This document shows positions 26,978-36,088 of a stretch of DNA of 64,000 nt, one piece after another (the first letter of the stretch is position 1; every line of letters begins with the position of its first letter). The stretch is from an uncultured Actinomycetes bacterium. Its GTDB lineage: Bacteria > Actinomycetota > UBA4738 > HRBIN12. Under the pieces are notes generated by a model. The model was not told the DNA's origin, ran no database searches, and saw only the letters and a list, made by a program, of their open reading frames with translations. The stretch is taken from NCBI GenBank assembly GCA_963825635.1, contig CAWGTU010000002.1, positions 58,638 to 122,637 on the forward strand, in the 5' to 3' direction. The translations under genes were made by a program, and so were the position numbers.

Positions 26978-27050
26978 TGGAGACGACCGGGATCGAACCG
27001 GCGACCTCCGGCTTGCAAAGCCGGCGCTCTTCCAACTGAGCTACGTCCCC
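26978..27050 (-). tRNA. tRNA-Ala (anticodon TGC)
   Basis: GGGGACGTAGCTCAGTTGGAAGAGCGCCGGCTTTGCAAGCCGGAGGTCGCCGGTTCGATCCCGGTCGTCTCCA. The cloverleaf folds, the anticodon is TGC, and the G3:U70 identity pair is present. Confidence 0.9.
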
Positions 27051-27113
27051 TCGTCGCGCTCCGAGTCTATCGAGGCACCCACACCCCGGCGCGGATGTGG
27101 AACCATCCCCTGG

Positions 27114-27851
27114 ATGGCGACACCGAACGAGGAGCGATCGCGCGACCCGGTCGACCTGCTCGAGGAGCAGATCGAGTACTACCGGGCGCGCGCCCCCGAA
27201 TACGAGGAGTGGCTCCGTCGACACGGGCGCTACAGCCGGGGTCCGGAGGCCAACGCCCGGTGGTTCGCCGAGTTCGACGAGACGCGCGATCGTCTCCGCG
27301 ACTTCGACGCGCGAGGGGACGTGCTCGAGATCGCCTGCGGGACTGGCCAGACGACCTCGATCCTCGTGGAGACGGCCACCCGGCTCACCGCGCTCGACGC
27401 CGCTCCGGAGATGATCGACGAGGCTCGGCGACGACCGGAGCTCGGGAACGTCACGTTCGTGCAGAAGGATGTCTTCGAGTGGGAGCCTCCACGATCGTTC
27501 GACTCGATCGTCTTCACCTTCTGGCTCTCGCACGTGCCCGCTGAGCGGTTCGAGTTCTTCTGGTGCCTCGTCGGAGAGGCGCTCGCACCGAACGGCCGCG
27601 TCTTCTTCAGCGACAACCTGTACGCGCCATGGGCAACCGCGATCGACCACGAGCTTGAGGAGCCGAGCGCCGGGTCGGTGACCCGGCGCCTCAACGACGG
27701 CAGGGAATTCCGGATCGTGAAGCGCTTCTTCGAGCCGGCCGGGCTCCAGACGGAACTCCGGCGGATCGGATGGAACATCGACGTTCGGGCAACGGGAGAG
27801 CTCCTGCTGACTGGCTCAGGCCGACCCGACACGGCCGACGGAGGTGCATGA
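27114..27851 (+). CDS. class I SAM-dependent methyltransferase
   Basis: VLEIACGTGQ is SAM-binding motif I. About 245 aa. Confidence 0.75.
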   Translation: MATPNEERSRDPVDLLEEQIEYYRARAPEYEEWLRRHGRYSRGPEANARWFAEFDETRDRLRDFDARGDVLEIACGTGQTTSILVETATRLTALDAAPEMIDEARRRPELGNVTFVQKDVFEWEPPRSFDSIVFTFWLSHVPAERFEFFWCLVGEALAPNGRVFFSDNLYAPWATAIDHELEEPSAGSVTRRLNDGREFRIVKRFFEPAGLQTELRRIGWNIDVRATGELLLTGSGRPDTADGGA

Positions 27852-28503
27852 GACGGTGACGGCGTTCACGGGGTGGCCGGTGGAGGCGCTCGAGTTCTAC
27901 GAGGGGCTCGAGGCCGACAACTCGAAGACGTACTGGCAGGCGAACCGTTCCGTCTACGACGGATGCGTGCGCGCCCCGATGGAGGCGCTGCTCGCCGAGC
28001 TCGAAGCAGAGTTCGGCCCCGGGAAGGTCTTCCGGCCGTACCGAGACGTGCGCTTCAGCCGCGACAAGTCGCCCTACAAGACACATATCGGGGCGACGAT
28101 CGGCGATGGGTACGTGCAACTCGATGCCGGCCGGCTGGCCGTGGGCGCGGGGATGTGGGAGATGGCGCCGGATCAGCTCGAGCGATACCGGGCCGGCGTC
28201 GACGACGCACGAAGCGGGCCCGAGCTCGTGACGCTCGTCGAGGGGGCCCGCGCCGACGGCATCTCCGTGATGGGGCGCGATGAGCTGAAGACGGCGCCTC
28301 GCGGTTTCCCGAAAGACCACCCGCGCATCGAGCTCCTGCGCTACAAGGGGCTGGTGACCTGGCGCGAGTGGCCGGCTGGACCGTGGCTGGGCACGAGGCG
28401 CGCCGAGCAACGCGTGGTCGAGTTCCTCCGGGCCTCGCGACCGATCGTCACCTGGCTCTCGGCCACCGTGGGTCCGTCGACGCTGCCGCCTCGCCGCGCC
28501 TGA
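27844..28503 (+). CDS. DUF2461/TIGR02453 family conserved hypothetical protein
   Basis: TAFTGWPVEALEFYEGLEADNSKTYWQANRSVY matches the DUF2461 N-terminus. The start overlaps the methyltransferase stop. Confidence 0.6.
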   Translation: MHETVTAFTGWPVEALEFYEGLEADNSKTYWQANRSVYDGCVRAPMEALLAELEAEFGPGKVFRPYRDVRFSRDKSPYKTHIGATIGDGYVQLDAGRLAVGAGMWEMAPDQLERYRAGVDDARSGPELVTLVEGARADGISVMGRDELKTAPRGFPKDHPRIELLRYKGLVTWREWPAGPWLGTRRAEQRVVEFLRASRPIVTWLSATVGPSTLPPRRA

Positions 28504-28531
28504 CCGATCGCTCCTGCGACCGGTTCCGAGC

Positions 28532-30385
28532 TCAACCCTCGAGCGGGAACACCCCGAGGAGCCGCTCGGCGCCCTCAGCGTAGGTGACGACCTCGGCGTG
28601 CAGGGCCACGCACGACGCGGAGACGGTCGGCCCGATGTCGCGCATCCAGCCCTCGAGCTCGTGCCACCGGGCCGTCCCGCGATCGACCGGGTATGCGAGC
28701 GAGAGATGCGGGATCCATCCATCGAGCGCGATCCGGTCGCTCTCCGCGGTCGGCAGCCCCGCGTCGACGGATGCGGAGCGCAGGTCCGATATCGCCGGGA
28801 GGATCGCCGACCCATCGAGTCGGACGATCGGAGTGTCGGCTTGGCGGAGGATCTCGAGCGCGGTCGAGCGCAGCTCGAGCCCGCCCTGCGACGCCGCCCA
28901 TGCCTGGACGACCTCGACGATCCGCCGCTCGTCCTCACCGGTGAGGGGCGAGTCCCGCGTTCCGAACGCCTTCAGGGTGGCGTGTCCTGCCGGGGCGGCG
29001 CATCGCACCCCGATGCGATCGAGCGTCTCCCCCTGCCAACCGGAGAACGCCTTCGCCAGGGCTCCGACCGGCCGCACGATCACGTATGCGGTACCCAGCG
29101 CCTCGCGGAACTTCCACTCGTCGACGAGGATCGGGGACTCGGACGGAGCCAGGCGATCCTCGACGTCGAGCCACTGCACGAGGCCCTCGTGGTTCAGTCC
29201 GATCTCGACACGTGCATCGCCGCCGGCGGTGGTGAAGGTCCCTCGCAACGGCGTCTCCGCCTCGATCGACTCCACCGCCAGGCCCCCAGAGCGCGCCACG
29301 AGGCGACCTGCCTGAGCGGCGCGCCGTTCATAGGACTCGTCGGTCGCCACGTTGTCGGCGAACAGCGCGCCGGCCTCTGCGTCGCGCCACGACGACAGGA
29401 GCGCCGCGGCTCTCGTCGCACCCTCTGCGAGCGACGCGGTCTCCACCGCGCGTCGCGGTCCCAGCTCGTTGCGATCCGCGAGCATCTCGAGCGCCTCGAT
29501 GCAGGCGCCGTGCATGTCGCCGTACGTGACGTTCGAGAGTCCGATCACGCCGACGTCGTGCTCCGGCAGCCAACGCATGTGCGAGCCGTACCCCGGCAGC
29601 CCCCCGCTGTGGCCGACGGATGTGCCGAGCCGTTCGTCGATACGCACGCCCAGGCCGATGCCGTAGCCGGTCGCGCTCACCCGCGACGATCCGCCCGGCG
29701 AGGGGCGGTACCGGGTCACCTCGTCCACCCGGCGGAGCTGCTGCATCTCTCGGCGCGCCCATCGGGGAAGCGGGCCGTCGTCGGGCTCGTCGCGCGGAGG
29801 CCACGCGTCGAGGAAGAATCCGACCCAGCGCGCCAGGTCTCGCACGGTCGTCCACAGGCCGCCCATCGGGGCGATCGTGCCGTCGCCCAGGGGCTCCCCC
29901 TCGTGCACCCACGCTCCGTCCTGCAGGCGGTAGGGCTCCGCCACGACGGCGGAGCCGGGTCGCACCCACGTCGTCGACGTCATGCCGAGCGGTTCGAGCA
30001 GTGATCGGACGACGAGGTCCTGCACGCGCTCCCCGGCGACGCGCTCGATCACACGGCCGACCAGACCCCAGCCGAGGTTCGAGTACTCGAACCTCGTGCC
30101 CGGGGTCCAGGCGAAGGCCACCCCCGCGTCGATCAGCGCGTCCATCGACCCCGGCGAGAGATCCAGGTGCCGGTCCGCCCATGCGTCGTCGGTCGGGAGG
30201 CCGGCTTCCATCGACACGAGGTGCCGCACGGTGATCGGCGGACCGTCGGACGTCGGGCCTCGCCAGGCCGAGAGCTCGGGGACGTGCACGGACACCGGGT
30301 CGTCCAGCCGGAGCCGGCCGTCGGCCACGAGCATCATCAGCGCGGCTCCCGTGAAGCTCTTGGTCATCGACGCGATGCGGAACAC
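28532..30385 (-). CDS. serine hydrolase (beta-lactamase/PBP4-like family) fused to a C-terminal 2H phosphoesterase (LigT-like) domain; N-terminus frameshifted
   Basis: SMTKSFT (SxxK), YSNLGW (YxN) and HSGG motifs are followed by a C-terminal roughly 190 aa with two H-x-T/S-x motifs (HATLKAFG, HLSLAY). The true N-terminal roughly 70 aa (…ALAEVFARWMRRERIPGVAWGLV…SLSLDEPGDA) lies in another frame at 30386–30608. Confidence 0.6.
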   Translation of the reverse strand: MFRIASMTKSFTGAALMMLVADGRLRLDDPVSVHVPELSAWRGPTSDGPPITVRHLVSMEAGLPTDDAWADRHLDLSPGSMDALIDAGVAFAWTPGTRFEYSNLGWGLVGRVIERVAGERVQDLVVRSLLEPLGMTSTTWVRPGSAVVAEPYRLQDGAWVHEGEPLGDGTIAPMGGLWTTVRDLARWVGFFLDAWPPRDEPDDGPLPRWARREMQQLRRVDEVTRYRPSPGGSSRVSATGYGIGLGVRIDERLGTSVGHSGGLPGYGSHMRWLPEHDVGVIGLSNVTYGDMHGACIEALEMLADRNELGPRRAVETASLAEGATRAAALLSSWRDAEAGALFADNVATDESYERRAAQAGRLVARSGGLAVESIEAETPLRGTFTTAGGDARVEIGLNHEGLVQWLDVEDRLAPSESPILVDEWKFREALGTAYVIVRPVGALAKAFSGWQGETLDRIGVRCAAPAGHATLKAFGTRDSPLTGEDERRIVEVVQAWAASQGGLELRSTALEILRQADTPIVRLDGSAILPAISDLRSASVDAGLPTAESDRIALDGWIPHLSLAYPVDRGTARWHELEGWMRDIGPTVSASCVALHAEVVTYAEGAERLLGVFPLEG

Positions 30386-30606
30386 GCTGTCGGCGTCGGG
30401 CGTCGCCGGGCTCGTCGAGGCTCAGCGAGCCGACGCCGCCGGAGTCCACCAGCTCCCCGCCTCGCACGAGTCCCCACGCGACACCGGGGATGCGCTCGCG
30501 CCGCATCCATCGCGCGAACACCTCTGCGAGCGCTCGGTCACCTCGTCGCCATCGGATGCGTAGCCTACGAGGCACCGCGGTGGACGGTCGCTGCCACGAT
30601 GGCGAC

Positions 30607-31254
30607 ATGGAGTTCGACGGGCACATCCTCGGCGCGTCGTTCGCCTCGGGCGATCGGATCGTGGTGGGTCGGTGGCTCCGCTCCCCGCTCGGCTCCTTCG
30701 CCGACGTGATGTGGTGCCGATCCGACGGCCGCCGCGTGCTGCTCGCGCCCGACGAGCGAGTGCGGGACTTCCTTGCCGGCCATTACGCGTTCGACGAGCT
30801 GCGCGTCGAACGGGTCACGGCGGAGCGAACGGGAGACGGCGTGATCGTGGGATCGGCCGGTCCGGTGCGACTGACGGTGCGACCGAGCGGGCCCGGGTGG
30901 GCGTCACTGCTGCTCGCCCTGCGGCCGCGAGGGATCCGCACCGCGAAGGCCTGGATCGACCTCGAGGACCGGGTGCTCCGGCCGCTCGTGCGACCGCTGT
31001 TCGCGGCCGCCGACGTACGAACCTCCGGCGAGACCCTCGCAGGCGCCCGAGAGCGTTACGCGATCCACGACTTCCGTCACGCGGAGGCGACCGCCTCGGT
31101 CGATGGCGTCGATCTCGGTCCTACGGCTCTCTGTGCGCCCGCGGGATTCGGATTCAGCGAGTTCCCGTCGACCGCGGCGCTCGTGCGCGTGACGTCGATC
31201 TTCGAGGGAGATGCGGCTGCGGAGGCCGTCTCAGGCAGACCCCGCGGTGGGTGA
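30607..31254 (+). CDS. hypothetical protein
   Basis: About 215 aa from ATG 30607 (MEFDGHILGASFASGDRIVVGRW...). Codon usage is protein-like. Divergent from the serine hydrolase. Confidence 0.4.
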   Translation: MEFDGHILGASFASGDRIVVGRWLRSPLGSFADVMWCRSDGRRVLLAPDERVRDFLAGHYAFDELRVERVTAERTGDGVIVGSAGPVRLTVRPSGPGWASLLLALRPRGIRTAKAWIDLEDRVLRPLVRPLFAAADVRTSGETLAGARERYAIHDFRHAEATASVDGVDLGPTALCAPAGFGFSEFPSTAALVRVTSIFEGDAAAEAVSGRPRGG

Positions 31255-31878
31255 CGGGCTGTTCGTCGGGGTCGGCGACATGCCGGGCCGCCACTGTTCC
31301 ACGGCCCCGCCGTCGGGAGCTCGGTCGAGGCAGGTTCGCCGGCAGACCTCGCCGGTGAAGCTCGTCATCGCCCACCAGAAGTACGACGTGCGGAACCGCC
31401 CGAACTCGAGGGTCTTGATCGGCACCGCGACCGACATGCCGTCGGACGACTTGCGTCGGACCTTCACGTTGCGCAGGAACAGGTCGCGACGGTCGCGGCG
31501 ATCGCGCCAGAGCGACGCCTGCAGGTCGGATCCCGTGCTTCGGACCACCACGAAGTACTCGGCGTCCTCGCCTCCTTGGGTGTCGAGGAAGACGTAGGCG
31601 TTGCCGCGGTCCCAGATCGACGCGGGCCTCCAATCGGCGAACGTGATCACTGTCACCTCGGTGCGGCCCTGGTGGTCGAGGCGCACCTTGCGCACATCGA
31701 GCAGCCCCCGGGTGTCGTTGGGATCGTCGACGTCGCTGTGGAACGACGGCGCGGCGAGCGCCGCCAGCGCCATCGCCACGATCAGGCCCGCCACGAGGAA
31801 CGGCACGACCGAACGCAGCGGTGATGCGGCCCAGCGGTCGCGGGTTCGGATCACGCGGGCGTCCCCCGGCCCAGCCAT
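31231..31878 (-). CDS. signal-anchored hypothetical protein (last gene of the MauD/MauE-like operon)
   Basis: TM anchor VVPFLVAGLIVAMALAALAA followed by a roughly 170-aa soluble domain. The alternative GTG 31854 start overlaps the upstream stop (GTGA). Confidence 0.5.
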   Translation of the reverse strand: MAGPGDARVIRTRDRWAASPLRSVVPFLVAGLIVAMALAALAAPSFHSDVDDPNDTRGLLDVRKVRLDHQGRTEVTVITFADWRPASIWDRGNAYVFLDTQGGEDAEYFVVVRSTGSDLQASLWRDRRDRRDLFLRNVKVRRKSSDGMSVAVPIKTLEFGRFRTSYFWWAMTSFTGEVCRRTCLDRAPDGGAVEQWRPGMSPTPTNSPSPTAGSA

Positions 31879-32975
31879 CTGATCGCCGTCCACGCGGTGA
31901 AGCCTGCCACGCCGAGACCCACGACGACCAACACCATCGGTAGCAACTCTCCCGAGGTGGGCCATCCCGGCCACGACAGCACCGGCTCGGGAGCGGGACG
32001 GAGCGTGACCACGAGCGCGAGCGCCGCGAGTGCCGCGTTGCGCATCAGCAGGGCACCGGGCTCCACCGCTTCGCGACCGCCGAAACACCCGCACGGCACC
32101 TGCGGACCGAATCGGCGCCATGCGCGCACCGCTTCCGCGGTGAACACGACCAACAGCACGAGTGCCCAGACGCCCGCGGTCCGCGTCCAGCCCGACGCGA
32201 CCATGATCGGGACGAGGGCTTCCGCGGTCGGCACGGCGAGCGTGGCGGCGCTCTCGACACCGTGTGGGAGCCCGTGCTCATCGAGCGTGGCCCGCCATCC
32301 TGGGAGATCGACCGCCTTCGACATCGCCGCCCACGCGAAGGCGATGGCGAGGGCCGCGGTCGCGAGCGAGGCCCACCCGTCGTCGGCCTGCGTCGCCAGC
32401 GCGACCGACACCACGGCGACGACGACGAGCACAACCCCGTTCGCGAGGTTCCGTCGGCCCTCCGGCGACCCGGCCAGGCGATCGACCAACCGTTGGGACT
32501 CCTGCTGGGTGTGCACGCCGGCCGACCTGGCGGCCGAGAGACCCCGAACCAGCCCGAACGGCGCGACGATGAGCGCGCCCACCGCGGGATCACCCGAGGC
32601 GAACGCGGCGAGAGCCACGACCACGAGGGTGCCGTGGGACACGTAGGTGAAGAACCCGATGCCGAGACCGGCGCCGTACAGGGTCGCGGCGATCGGCCAC
32701 GAGAAGAACTCACGCCACCAGTCGGGAACCTGCCGGCGGAGCTGCGGCACCGTTGCCGTCACGCGGGGGAGCTCCCCCAGCGCGTAGACGATCGCCGTGA
32801 TCGCGACGGCCACGGCACCGGCGCGTCCCCAGGGCGCCTCGAGCAGCGCACCAGTGAAGCCCAGCGCGGCGCCGAAGAGCGCGGCGGTCACGGTCGCGCC
32901 CGCAACGTGCAGCGATAGGGCGACGGCCCACCTCGTTCGTCCCCCGTACACGACGGGGGTGATGGTCTCCACCAT
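31851..32975 (-). CDS. MauE/DoxX-like polytopic membrane protein (methylamine utilisation MauE family)
   Basis: 374-aa multi-TM protein whose C-terminal region has the VPCGCFG motif characteristic of the MauE family. Confidence 0.65.
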   Translation of the reverse strand: MVETITPVVYGGRTRWAVALSLHVAGATVTAALFGAALGFTGALLEAPWGRAGAVAVAITAIVYALGELPRVTATVPQLRRQVPDWWREFFSWPIAATLYGAGLGIGFFTYVSHGTLVVVALAAFASGDPAVGALIVAPFGLVRGLSAARSAGVHTQQESQRLVDRLAGSPEGRRNLANGVVLVVVAVVSVALATQADDGWASLATAALAIAFAWAAMSKAVDLPGWRATLDEHGLPHGVESAATLAVPTAEALVPIMVASGWTRTAGVWALVLLVVFTAEAVRAWRRFGPQVPCGCFGGREAVEPGALLMRNAALAALALVVTLRPAPEPVLSWPGWPTSGELLPMVLVVVGLGVAGFTAWTAIRWLGRGTPA

Positions 32976-33082
32976 CGACAGCCCTCAGGGGCCGTAGAGC
33001 GCTGACCACCCGGCGACCGCCGACGCTGTGACGAGCATCAGGAGCAGTGCCATCGCGAGTGCGCCGCCGCCGAACGGATCGG

Positions 33083-33601
33083 TCAACACTTCTTGTTGAG
33101 CTCCCTGTAGGTGATGCAGAAGACCTTCAGCCGCCGCGGGCAGTATCCCCGGACCGCATAGTCCCCGTTGATGCGGATGTTCGAACGGGAGCAGCAGTCC
33201 TGGATGTGGCGCAGCCGACCCGAGCAGCACCGGGTCCATCCGCCTCCGTACCGCGGTGACCCGGTGAAGGGGTACGCCTCGGGCACGACCTGCTCGCACG
33301 TCTTGCGGCGGGTCTGCTTCCGAGGATCGACGTACTTGTCCCCCTCGTCGTCGACCGGGTACCCGTACTGGGGATGCATCGGGTAGCCGTAGCGGTCGGT
33401 GCGGGACAGCGGGGAGTACGGGTGGGGGCAGGAGCCCGTCGTATAGGTGTGCCCGCAGATGTGATAGGCCTGCGCGCGATCGGGCGCGATCGCGGTGGCC
33501 ACCAGGCCCCCGCCGGCGAGCGCCACCACCCCCCGGCCGACACGACCGAGGAAGCTCCGGCGGCTGGTGCGCGTGGCGAGCGATCGCTCCGCCCGTTCCA
33601 T
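33083..33601 (-). CDS. Tat-secreted cysteine-rich small protein (10 Cys), MauA-light-chain-like candidate
   Basis: Twin-arginine signal TSRRSFLGRVGRGVVALAGG…AQA. The roughly 125-aa mature part has 10 Cys including two CC pairs (RCCSG, DCCSRS). It starts 5 nt after the MauD-like stop. Confidence 0.6.
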   Translation of the reverse strand: MERAERSLATRTSRRSFLGRVGRGVVALAGGGLVATAIAPDRAQAYHICGHTYTTGSCPHPYSPLSRTDRYGYPMHPQYGYPVDDEGDKYVDPRKQTRRKTCEQVVPEAYPFTGSPRYGGGWTRCCSGRLRHIQDCCSRSNIRINGDYAVRGYCPRRLKVFCITYRELNKKC

Positions 33602-33606
33602 CGAGG

Positions 33607-34116
33607 TCAGCTTGCCCACTGTGCGCGATCCTCCGTGATCCGTCGGTTGGCGGTGTCCACGAGCCCCTCGACCTGTTCGAGGTTGTTCACGGTCCCCTTG
33701 GCGCGCACGACTCCCCGTTCGTCGAGCACGACGACGAACGGGGTGCCGGGAACCGCGAGCGCTCGCTCGGCTTCGGTGTCGTGCACGACGATCGGCTCCA
33801 GCCGTCCGGCGGCGGCGGCGGCCGGCACCCCCGGCGCGACCTCGAGGCAGACGGCGCACGTCTCCGAGGCGAACAGCACGAGGCGAGGCCGGCCCGCGCC
33901 GCCGAGCACGACCGCCCCCCCGTCGGCGTCGTGAGCCGAGAGCGGGGGCAGCGGCTCGCCGAGCGCCGGGCCCTCGTCGTCGATCTCGAGGGCGCCGCGC
34001 GGACCGAGCCGCAGATGCAGGGTGCCGACCTGCCGGGCGAGCGCGACCACCACGATGCTGAGCACGACCACGAGCAGCCACAGCACGACGAACGCCAGCG
34101 CCCACCACCCGGTCAT
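33607..34116 (-). CDS. TlpA/MauD-like thioredoxin-fold thiol-disulfide oxidoreductase, membrane-anchored
   Basis: N-terminal TM anchor and ETCAVC (CxxC) active site in a redoxin fold of about 169 aa. Confidence 0.7.
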   Translation of the reverse strand: MTGWWALAFVVLWLLVVVLSIVVVALARQVGTLHLRLGPRGALEIDDEGPALGEPLPPLSAHDADGGAVVLGGAGRPRLVLFASETCAVCLEVAPGVPAAAAAGRLEPIVVHDTEAERALAVPGTPFVVVLDERGVVRAKGTVNNLEQVEGLVDTANRRITEDRAQWAS

Positions 34117-34176
34117 CCGGCCGGTCCCCCGGCGGGTCCTCCGGCCATCACCGTTCGGCCGGCGCTTCCCACGGCC

Positions 34177-34737
34177 TCAGCGCATCGTCCAGGTCGGCTG
34201 CTTCGTCTCATCGAGGAACTGTACGAACGGTGAGCCGTCGCCGGCCAGTCCGACGATCGCCCGAAGCTCGCCCGCCCGGTCGAGCAGACGGAGCACCGGT
34301 GAGCCTTCGGCGGCCAGACCGAGACGAACCCGCACCTTGCCCGCGTGGTCGTAGAGACCGAGCGTCGGGGACCCCTGCTCCGCGAGGGCGTAGACCTGGG
34401 AGAGCTCGCCATCGGCCACCTGCATCCCCATCGTGGGTGACGCCTCGGGTGCGAGACCGAACTTCGCCCGGATGCGCCCGTTCTTGTCGCCGAACGCCAG
34501 GCTCGCGCTGCCGTCGCTCGACAGGCCGACCGTCGCACGCACCTTTCCGTTCTCGTCGCCCACCGCGAGCCCGGCGGCACCGTCGGCGGAGAGGCCGAAC
34601 CGCATGCGCACCTGCCCGTCGGGCGACAGCAGCGAGAAGAACGGGTCCTCGTCGTTCGAGAGCCCGATGCGCACCCTGACCCGCCCGTCGTCGTCGACGA
34701 CCTCGAACTCGCCCGCCTGCACGACTCGCTTCTTCAT
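34177..34737 (-). CDS. tandem-repeat protein (7 x ~23 aa, consensus xGxVRxRxGLxxDGSxxLxxxDx), hypothetical
   Basis: Direct inspection shows seven consecutive 23-residue repeats (DGQVRMRFGLSADGAAGLAVGDE, NGKVRATVGLSSDGSASLAFGDK, ...). No signal peptide. First gene of the operon. Confidence 0.55.
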   Translation of the reverse strand: MKKRVVQAGEFEVVDDDGRVRVRIGLSNDEDPFFSLLSPDGQVRMRFGLSADGAAGLAVGDENGKVRATVGLSSDGSASLAFGDKNGRIRAKFGLAPEASPTMGMQVADGELSQVYALAEQGSPTLGLYDHAGKVRVRLGLAAEGSPVLRLLDRAGELRAIVGLAGDGSPFVQFLDETKQPTWTMR

Positions 34738-34975
34738 GTCACTCCAGACCCGCTCGAGGTCGGGGAGGCGACGACCCGGCGGAGTGCCGGGTCCGCGGTG
34801 TGAGGCGGGCGCATCTGCGTATGGTCGCCCCTGCGAGCCCTCGGCTCAAGCACGTGCAGACACGCGAACAGACCCGGGAAGTGAGAAACCGCCGGAACCC
34901 GGGGGCCCCAGCGGTCTCTCATGGTGGACGTTACGGCCGGTGTGGGTGTCCCGTCAAACTCGGGCCGGGTTCTTG

Positions 34976-36088
34976 TCACACTTTCCCGAGAGACTCCCGG
35001 CGCAGCGTCGTCTCGGCCAGGCGATCGGGGCGCGGAGCCACCCCGATACCCGTGCCCGTGGGCACCGCCATCGTGCCGTCAGGAGCCATCACGAACGGCG
35101 CGGTGAGGTCATCGAGGAAGTACCGAGCGCTCGCACTCGTGTCGCCGGGCAGCGTGAACCCCTGCATCGCCGCGAGCGCGAGGTTCTGCGCCCGACCGAT
35201 GCCCGTCTCGAGCATGCCCCCACACCAGACCGGCACCCCGGCGGCTCGGCACACGTCGTGCACCCGCCGCGCCTCGACGATGCCGCCCACTCGTCCCTGC
35301 TTGATGTTCACGATGCGACAGCTGCCCAGCTCGAGCGCCGCGACCGCGTCGGCGGCGGATCTGATCGACTCGTCGAGGCACAGGTCCGTGCGGACCAGGC
35401 GCTGCAGCTCGGCGTGGCGCACGAGGTCTGCGTGATGCAGCGGCTGCTCGATCATCAGCAGGTCGTAGGCATCCAGCGCCCGGAACACATCAAGATCCTC
35501 GATCGTGTACGCCGCGTTGGCATCCACGCTGAGAGCGATGTCGGGATGCGCGGCCCGCACCGCGCCCACGCGCTCGGCGTCGATGCCTGGCTCGATCTTG
35601 AGCTTGATGCGCCGGTAGCCCTCCGCGAGGTAGCCCTCGACCTGCTCGAGCAGCGCCTCGGTGGTGTCGGTGATGCCGATCGACACCCCGCAGGCCACCC
35701 GGTCGCGATCGGCGCCGAGCCACTGAGCCATGGAGACTCCGTCCGCCCGGAGACGGGCGTCGACGACGGCGTCGATCAACGCGGCCTTGGCCATCGGGTT
35801 CCCACGGACGTGCCCGAGGAGGCGGTCGAGATCGTCGATCGCGACGTGATCGGCTCGCAGGAGCGCGGGCGCCAGGTGATCGCGGATCACGAGCCACGCG
35901 CCTTCGTTGAACTCCTCGCTGTAGCCGGGCTCGACGTCGGCGACGCACTCCCCCCACCCTTCCGCCTCGTCGGTCTCGACACGGACGATGATGCACTCCT
36001 TCGCGGTCGACGTCCCGAAGCTCGTGCGGAACGGTCGCACCAGTGGCAACCCGATCAACCGTAGCTCGACGTTGCGCACGACGCTCAT
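34976..36088 (-). CDS. enolase-superfamily enzyme, o-succinylbenzoate synthase / N-acylamino-acid racemase-like
   Basis: Has the KxK (RIKLKI) motif plus the metal-ligand D/E/D positions (SVDANAAY, MIEQP, CLDES) of the MLE/OSBS subgroup. Confidence 0.75.
   Translation of the reverse strand: MSVVRNVELRLIGLPLVRPFRTSFGTSTAKECIIVRVETDEAEGWGECVADVEPGYSEEFNEGAWLVIRDHLAPALLRADHVAIDDLDRLLGHVRGNPMAKAALIDAVVDARLRADGVSMAQWLGADRDRVACGVSIGITDTTEALLEQVEGYLAEGYRRIKLKIEPGIDAERVGAVRAAHPDIALSVDANAAYTIEDLDVFRALDAYDLLMIEQPLHHADLVRHAELQRLVRTDLCLDESIRSAADAVAALELGSCRIVNIKQGRVGGIVEARRVHDVCRAAGVPVWCGGMLETGIGRAQNLALAAMQGFTLPGDTSASARYFLDDLTAPFVMAPDGTMAVPTGTGIGVAPRPDRLAETTLRRESLGKV

Noticed and set aside
32985-33299. 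104-aa minus-strand ORF between the Cys-rich protein gene and the MauE-like gene
   Set aside because: It overlaps the 3' end of the Cys-rich gene in another frame and has a low-complexity translation. The C-terminal hydrophobic stretch may be fortuitous.
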